Positions 27,010 to 32,000 of a stretch of 32,000 bases of DNA are shown one piece after another (the stretch's first letter is position 1; each line of letters begins with the position of its first letter). The DNA lies in the NCBI RefSeq assembly GCF_002075285.3, contig NZ_CP021983.2, positions 3,660,001 to 3,692,000 of the forward strand, given 5' to 3'. The notes below the pieces were generated by a model. The model searched no databases and was not told where the DNA came from. It saw only the letters and a program-made list of their open reading frames with translations. This DNA comes from Halomicronema hongdechloris C2206. GTDB taxonomy: Bacteria > Cyanobacteriota > Cyanobacteriia > Phormidesmidales > Phormidesmidaceae. Both the position numbers and the translations under genes were made by a program.

Positions 27010-27558
27010 ACTCACGGGGGTAGCCTTGGCCACCGAGCCGTTGCCGGGTCCGAGGGTGAGCTCGAGGGCTTGGTTTTGGGCATAGGCTTTCACAGCCTGG
27101 CGGTAGACCCGCTCATTGCTAGGCAGATCGACGAGTTGCCCTTGGTAGTCGAAGCTGAAAGCATACTCGACGGATTTTAGTAATTGTGGATCGGTGCGCT
27201 TTTCCCGAGGTTTTTGTCGGGCTTCTAGGTCATCGACTGTAGGACGGGGCGGTAAAGCTGGCCACCACAGTCCCTGATCATCAGGTCCCGTGACCGCCGC
27301 CGCCGGTTCTAGACCGTTGCGATTCACTAGAGTATTGCTGGCGAAGGTTTCTCGCCGGATACGCCGCTCCCGATCGAAATTTTCCCGGGCGTATTCTACC
27401 TGCCAGGTATAGACCACCGTGGCAGTGGCGGTGTAGTCCTCAACGGTGACGGTGTCTCCAACCGCCAGACGATGGCAACCACTGCTGCCGGTTAATAACC
27501 AAGGGAGCACGGTAACTCCCAGCAGTAGGGAGTAACGACGAGGATGATAAGACATCAT
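26998..27558 (-). CDS. Hypothetical lipoprotein
   Basis: I moved the start from 27801 to the internal ATG at 27558. MMSYHPRRYSLLLGVTVLPWLLTGSSGC is a signal peptide with a lipobox-like SSGC. The upstream 81 codons of the track ORF run through a tandem repeat. The 3' end overlaps the thyX stop by 12 nt, convergently. Confidence 0.55.
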   Translation of the reverse strand: MMSYHPRRYSLLLGVTVLPWLLTGSSGCHRLAVGDTVTVEDYTATATVVYTWQVEYARENFDRERRIRRETFASNTLVNRNGLEPAAAVTGPDDQGLWWPALPPRPTVDDLEARQKPREKRTDPQLLKSVEYAFSFDYQGQLVDLPSNERVYRQAVKAYAQNQALELTLGPGNGSVAKATPVSSGS

Positions 27559-27769
27559 TATCTGCCATCGGCATTGCTGGATGGATACAGCATTTCCTGG
27601 CCGGGTGAGGTAAAGACCACGTACCACTTCCTGCATTTCAAGGGCTTCATGGCTATCTGTGTACCTCACTAGCTTCAGAAACGCTGTAGTTAAGTTACTC
27701 ATCTTAAGAGACAACTCAAAGAGATTATTAGAAATCCTTTCGCTAGCGCAACGACTGCTTACAATCAAT

Positions 27770-27824
27770 GGATACATCCGGGGATACATCCGGGGATACA
27801 TCCGGGGATACCCATCCGGGGATT
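27770..27824. repeat. Tandem array of a 12-nt unit, GGATACATCCGG: three perfect copies, one copy with a 2-nt insertion, and a partial copy
   Basis: Perfect copies sit at 27770-27781, 27782-27793 and 27794-27805. A degenerate copy, GGATACCCATCCGG, is at 27806-27819, followed by GGATT. A HIP1 site follows at 27836. Confidence 0.9.
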
Positions 27825-28165
27825 GACTTGAGGATGCGATCGCACCCTTTAGATACTTCGTTGAGAATTCAGGAGGGTTAAGCGCTAAATCGTAAAGCTT
27901 TATTTCAAAACATTACAGCCTATGATTTCCAGCTGTAATTCCTCACTAAGCGTCATCTTCTTTAAGGTTGTGACCTGATCAGGTCGCAGCATTGCCATTG
28001 CCTGTGATCTAATAGCTGATGCAGCTTGACACACCTCCTAGGGCAAAGCTAGCCCAACATCGAGCAGTAATCTGTGGGTCAGCGTCAGAACTAGGCTTGG
28101 CCAAGGCATGACATTGTTATCCGGGTGATCAGGCATTGATTGAACGGTCGTCTTAATCCGCTGCC

Positions 28166-28191
28166 TATGCTCATTACTTATGCTCATTACT
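28166..28191. repeat. Perfect tandem duplication of a 13-nt unit, TATGCTCATTACT x2
   Basis: Read directly from the sequence, about 60 nt upstream of the ATG at 28252. Confidence 0.8.
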
Positions 28192-28251
28192 TGAGTGATT
28201 TAACCGGCTTCAAGCCGCATTTACCTAAGATTGTTACCATGGCCATTCCCG

Positions 28252-28638
28252 ATGAAATTCTCCCAAGCATACATCCTGGTTCTAGATTCTTCCCGGCGTG
28301 ATACTCAAGCCATTTATACCCTGTTAAAACAACTGCGCTGTCCAGTGTTTGTGGCCGAAACGATCGACCAAGCCGTTGCTAAAGCCAAGCAATGCTCTCC
28401 CTATCTAGTCATCCTGAGGGGAGACTATCAAGAGGGTGCTCCTGGCCTCATAGAACAACTGCGGCAAACCATGCAGGCAGCTGAGGTAACCATTGTGGCT
28501 TTAACTGAATCTAGCAAGCCGAGTTGGGGAGATCACATAGAGCAACTGGGGCTTGATGGTGTCTTTGTCGAACCCCTCAACGGCGATGTCCTCAACCTAT
28601 TGGTGGATTCAGCCATGGCTAAACAAGCCTATGCTTAG
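28252..28638 (+). CDS. Stand-alone CheY-like receiver with degenerate phosphorylation residues (pseudo-receiver)
   Basis: MKFSQAYILVLDSS...YLVILRGDYQ...TIVALTESS...GVFVEPL has the receiver fold pattern. Against CheY, it reads DS for DD, R at the phospho-Asp position, and EP for KP. The track ORF starts at TTG 28231; ATG 28252 is more plausible. Confidence 0.6.
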   Translation: MKFSQAYILVLDSSRRDTQAIYTLLKQLRCPVFVAETIDQAVAKAKQCSPYLVILRGDYQEGAPGLIEQLRQTMQAAEVTIVALTESSKPSWGDHIEQLGLDGVFVEPLNGDVLNLLVDSAMAKQAYA

Positions 28639-28932
28639 AGCTAGCGTTAACGTGCCTGGATGAATTACTCATGCAGGTGGCCCCTCAACATCTCCATGTG
28701 GCGGTAATCATTTACTCGTCCTGAGACAACTGCAGTGAGGGGAGTTCGGTGATGGGGGCGGCTCATTTGAAGGCCGTTTCCAGGGCAAACAGCATCAACT
28801 CCAAGACTGACTCAGGCCTCAGCCAATCCCCAGTATTGCTTCAGTTCCCAAGAGGATACGTTAGGATCAGGTGTCGATAGACTGTATCCAGAGGCGATCT
28901 GACTGACATCTCCTGCCTTGTCCCCCTTGTGG

Positions 28933-28960
28933 CAGTAGGGCTACGGACAGTAGGGCTACG
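28933..28960. repeat. Direct repeat CAGTAGGGCTACG x2 with a 15-nt period
   Basis: Copies at 28933-28945 and 28948-28960, in the long non-coding region upstream of sigA. Confidence 0.8.
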
Positions 28961-29351
28961 TCATTAAGGTAGACAAGAAGGCACGGCAAGATGGGGCTCA
29001 CCCTATAAGCAGGCATTCCCTATGGATGTTGCAAAATCCGCATTTAGGAAGATTGACGTTACAGTGGTGCATCGTTTGTCGGAGAGGCTACAATCGGGGA
29101 AGCCTTTAGTCGCTGCTATCGATAGAGCGTTACTGCTCAATCCGACGAAGGCAGTCCCAAGGCTAGCATTGCGGCCTACCCACAGGAACTTGCCTCCTCA
29201 ATAGTGAGCTTGACCGGCGTCACCCAGCTGATAGACCCATCTCATCCATGAGTGTGCCTAGCAGTATGGAGATCAGCAAGATTCACCTTGGTTTGCAGTG
29301 CTAACGTGTACGAAGGTTTGATTTGAATTAGAGGAGCACTAGGAACGCGGC

Positions 29352-30470
29352 ATGACCCAAGCGAATGACCTACTCGGAAAACTTGAGCCTAGTAATGAAC
29401 TAGATGTCCTGATTGAACCGGATAGTAATGCTGGTTTTGACGCTCAAGAAGAAGAGGAACAGGGCAAAGCGGCCAAAGGGAAAACGAGCCGCCGTCGTGG
29501 CACCAGCCCAGATAAAAAGAAGCACTATACCGAAGATTCTATTCGTCTTTACCTGCAAGAAATTGGTCGCATCCGACTGCTGCGTGCGGAAGAAGAGATT
29601 GAGCTGGCTCGAAAAATTGCCGATTTGCTTGAATTAGAGCGGATCCGCGATGATCTCGTCGATAGCTTGGAGCGTGAGCCTCGAGATGATGAGTGGGCCG
29701 AAGCTGTGGATATGGCCTTGCCTGCCTTCCGTCGTCGCCTGCATCAGGGTCGTCGCGCTAAAGACAAAATGGTGCAGTCTAATTTGCGCTTGGTAGTGTC
29801 CATCGCCAAGAAATACATGAACCGCGGTCTGTCCTTCCAAGATCTGATTCAGGAAGGGAGTTTAGGCTTGATTCGGGCGGCTGAGAAGTTTGACCACGAA
29901 AAGGGGTACAAGTTTTCTACCTATGCAACCTGGTGGATCCGTCAGGCCATTACCCGTGCGATCGCAGATCAGTCCCGCACCATTCGACTCCCTGTCCATC
30001 TATACGAAACCATTTCCCGCATCAAGAAAACCACCAAACTCTTATCCCAAGAGCTAGGGCGTAAGCCGACCGAAGAAGAAATCGCCACTCGCATGGAAAT
30101 GACCATCGAGAAATTGCGATTCATTGCCAAATCGGCCCAACTCCCCATCTCTCTGGAAACCCCCATCGGTAAAGAAGAAGATTCTCGTCTGGGTGACTTT
30201 ATTGAATCTGATGGGGAAACCCCAGAGGATGAAGTCTCCAAGAGTTTGTTACGGGAAGATCTCGAGAGTGTCCTTGGCACTCTCAGCCCTCGGGAGCGCG
30301 ATGTTCTACGGCTGCGCTATGGGCTCGATGACGGTCGTATGAAGACGTTGGAAGAAATCGGTCAGATCTTCAACGTGACTCGGGAGCGCATTCGGCAGAT
30401 CGAAGCCAAGGCCCTACGCAAGCTACGCCATCCCAACCGTAATAGCATCCTGAAGGAATATATTCGCTAG
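29352..30470 (+). CDS. sigA: Principal (group 1) RNA polymerase sigma factor SigA/RpoD1. A group 2 factor is not fully excluded.
   Basis: 372 aa with an acidic/basic N-terminal tail. It has [32 protein letters not shown], region 2 ([38 protein letters not shown]), and region 4.2 ([41 protein letters not shown]). I remember that last ending as typical of cyanobacterial SigA. Confidence 0.85.
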   Translation: MTQANDLLGKLEPSNELDVLIEPDSNAGFDAQEEEEQGKAAKGKTSRRRGTSPDKKKHYTEDSIRLYLQEIGRIRLLRAEEEIELARKIADLLELERIRDDLVDSLEREPRDDEWAEAVDMALPAFRRRLHQGRRAKDKMVQSNLRLVVSIAKKYMNRGLSFQDLIQEGSLGLIRAAEKFDHEKGYKFSTYATWWIRQAITRAIADQSRTIRLPVHLYETISRIKKTTKLLSQELGRKPTEEEIATRMEMTIEKLRFIAKSAQLPISLETPIGKEEDSRLGDFIESDGETPEDEVSKSLLREDLESVLGTLSPRERDVLRLRYGLDDGRMKTLEEIGQIFNVTRERIRQIEAKALRKLRHPNRNSILKEYIR

Positions 30471-30482
30471 GCTCAACCGGCC

Positions 30483-30533
30483 CAGGCCAGCCCCAGCCGC
30501 AGTGCCCTCGGTAGCGACTTCAGGGCTGGCCTG
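30483..30533 (+). terminator. Long-range perfect 11-bp inverted repeat just after sigA
   Basis: CAGGCCAGCCC (30483-30493) pairs with GGGCTGGCCTG (30523-30533) across a 29-nt loop, starting 13 nt after the stop. There is no U-tract. Confidence 0.3.
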
Positions 30534-30656
30534 ACCAAAGATTAAATAGACGTCAATAGTTATGGCCAACTGGTGTGCTAGGGCTTGATCCCTCAAGCTC
30601 CTATTCAACCAGGATAAAAAAATGTGCAGTTCAGTAGACAGATAGCCAGCTGTTTT

Positions 30657-30670
30657 GGTACGGTTGTTCT
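30657..30670 (+). promoter_or_regulatory. Candidate LexA box upstream of lexA
   Basis: GGTACGGTTGTTCT fits every position of the cyanobacterial LexA-box consensus RGTACNNNDGTWCB as I recall it. It ends 27 nt before the lexA ATG. Confidence 0.55.
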
Positions 30671-30697
30671 GATGGTTATGCGGTATGCATTTCTCCC

Positions 30698-31315
30698 ATG
30701 GAACCCCTCACTGCAGCCCAGCAAGAGCTATACGACTGGTTGGTAGATTACATTCGCCAACATCAGCACTCCCCCTCGATTCGGCAAATGATGCGAGCCA
30801 TGGGGCTCAATTCCCCTGCACCGGTTCAGAGTCGTCTTGATCATCTCAAAAGAAAGGGATACATCGACTGGACCGAAGGAAAAGCCCGCACTATCCGTAT
30901 CTTACATGCAGCCCGTGGTGTGCCAATCATGGGAACCATTGCCGCGGGTTTTGTCCACGATGTCTTTACAGACATTGTTGAGCGTCTAGACCTATCAGGG
31001 CTTCCCCTAAAACCCAGCGACTACGCCCTGAAAGTGACTGGTGACAGTATGATTGGAGCCCAGATTTGTGACGGTGATATCGTGATCATGCGTCCCGTCT
31101 CCGATCCCCAGTCTGTGCGAGATGGCACTATCGTGGCAGCTCGGGTTGAGAGTGGGACCACACTGAAATCCCTGCATCGTCAAGGGCGTGACGTGCAGCT
31201 CAAGCCTGCAAACCCAGACTATCCAGTGATGAAATTTCCGGCAGAGCAGGTCGATATCCAAGGTCGTCTTATTGGAGTCTGGCGAGGTATCGATGCCTCC
31301 TTGCTGGGAGCTTAA
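30698..31315 (+). CDS. lexA: LexA repressor (S24 peptidase family)
   Basis: 205 aa with a winged-HTH N-domain (SPSIRQMMRAMGLNSPAPVQSRLDHLKRKGYI), an Ala-Gly cleavage site in GTIAAGF, Ser in VTGDSM and Lys in TTLKSL. Confidence 0.92.
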   Translation: MEPLTAAQQELYDWLVDYIRQHQHSPSIRQMMRAMGLNSPAPVQSRLDHLKRKGYIDWTEGKARTIRILHAARGVPIMGTIAAGFVHDVFTDIVERLDLSGLPLKPSDYALKVTGDSMIGAQICDGDIVIMRPVSDPQSVRDGTIVAARVESGTTLKSLHRQGRDVQLKPANPDYPVMKFPAEQVDIQGRLIGVWRGIDASLLGA

Positions 31316-31631
31316 TGCGGCTGAGACTGAACCTTGGGGGTCAATGTCCTCGCCTTACAAATCTTAATCCTCACAAGTTTTAACAATTTCTTGGCCAAGC
31401 ATGGCTTGGTAGGGGAACCTGCGGTAATACACTAACACTTAGCGCTAGCCTCCAAGAGAGTTCGTGGGACGGCCATTAAATGGCCTAATCTTAGTGAACT
31501 TCTCGCGGTACCGCTGGCCTAGAGCACAGGCTGAGATCACTCTAGAATCTCATTCAGACTATTCGAACCGCTGTTAAGGGTAGTCGTATCTGCAGTGCTG
31601 ATATGCCCCTGTACCATCATTCTTGGTCTTG

Positions 31632-32000
31632 ATGAAATTTCGTACGTTTCTTACGGGTCTGCTAGCCATCACCTTGGTGATATTCATAGTAGGCGTGGGT
31701 GGCTTTATTGGATTGACCGCCCAGAGTCCTCTAGGGTTGCTGCGGGGAAGCTCCCAATTACAACCGACAGCTGCTCTCTTTGTGCCCAAACAGGCACCTT
31801 TGATGGTCTCCCTTCTGACCCGGCCAGAACGGTTGACCGATCTATGGCGGCTCTTAGCCAATCCAGGACAACGGAGGCAGGTCAAGGCCGAAATAGCCCG
31901 CTTAGAGACTAGCCTGTTGGCCAATACAGGGCTCTCCTACGAACAAGATATTCGACCTTGGCTAGGCCAAGAAATTACCTTTGCGGTCACCACTGCCGAC
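31632..32000 (+). CDS. DUF3352-family protein, N-terminal part (continues past the right edge)
   Basis: Not in the track because no stop lies in the window. My translation from ATG 31632 reads MKFRTFLTGLLAITLVIFIVGVGGFIGLTAQSPLGLLRGSSQLQPTAALFVPKQAPLMVSLLTRPERLTDLWRLLANPGQRRQVKAEIARLETSLLANTGLSYEQDIRPWLGQEITFAVTTAD. It is open for 123 codons to the window end. The family name is from memory. Confidence 0.6.
   Translation, partial: MKFRTFLTGLLAITLVIFIVGVGGFIGLTAQSPLGLLRGSSQLQPTAALFVPKQAPLMVSLLTRPERLTDLWRLLANPGQRRQVKAEIARLETSLLANTGLSYEQDIRPWLGQEITFAVTTAD

Noticed and set aside
27559-27801. The N-terminal 81 codons of the 267-aa track ORF (MYPRMYPRMYPLIVSS...)
   Set aside because: The apparent start lies inside the 12-nt tandem repeat. 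The extension has no protein-like features. An internal ATG at 27558 is followed immediately by a signal peptide and lipobox, so the extension is treated as non-coding read-through.
29022-29204. 60-aa plus-strand ORF in the sigA upstream region
   Set aside because: It has no Shine-Dalgarno sequence and no recognisable motif. It is more likely part of the sigA leader/promoter region. It cannot be fully excluded without conservation data.
31367-31377. ATCCTCACAAG, which resembles the Yfr1 sRNA core motif ACUCCUCACAC
   Set aside because: It is only a partial match. The two flanking stem-loops and the terminator expected for Yfr1 are not evident.
31562-31569. A GGTTCGAA T-loop-like string on the minus strand, suggesting a tRNA
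   Set aside because: The flanking bases cannot form a 5-bp T-stem (AGCGG against AGTCT). No acceptor or D-arm pattern is present.
1-32000. Possibility that SNF2 helicase, RecF, RadC, the caspase-like protein and LexA together form a novel defence or repair island
   Set aside because: The genes are scattered across the window on different strands. They are separated by core metabolism and translation genes (proS, mnmA, sat, rpiA, nnr). Each matches a widely conserved single-copy cyanobacterial family. There is no operon structure and no compositional island apart from the intein.

Overview
This is a chromosomal segment from a cyanobacterium. The evidence is at least 17 copies of the HIP1 octamer GCGATCGC plus cyanobacteria-typical genes: a SigF-type and a SigA-type sigma factor, a Ycf29/Rre1-like regulator, and DUF1824-, DUF3352- and DUF2993-like proteins. 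The window is densely coding and mostly housekeeping. In order it holds a SNF2 helicase (partial), DUF2993, proS, a group-3 sigma factor, a secreted PPC/TPR protein, recF, radC, a DUF1824-like protein, a NarL-type response regulator, a 1-Cys peroxiredoxin, a rhomboid protease, nnr, a SPOR-like protein, mnmA, sat, a caspase-like protein, a membrane protein, a ZIP transporter with an embedded cNMP-binding domain, rpiA, a hypothetical protein, thyX, a lipoprotein, a degenerate receiver, sigA, lexA and DUF3352 (partial). I saw no rRNA, tRNA, CRISPR array or transposase, and no convincing new multi-gene system. The clearest accessory element is a 453-aa intein (25216..26574). It splits thyX exactly at the invariant serine of the ThyX motif and carries an HNH endonuclease with a duplicated HTH-like module. 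Second-tier observations are two hidden reading-frame anomalies (a compensated double frameshift in nnr and a disrupted SNF2 N-terminus), a Tat-signal caspase homologue lacking the His/Cys dyad, the cNMP-gated ZIP architecture, a degenerate receiver upstream of sigA, a LexA box in front of lexA, and several short intergenic tandem repeats and palindromes. All calls come from reading the sequence and from remembered family motifs; no searches were run.
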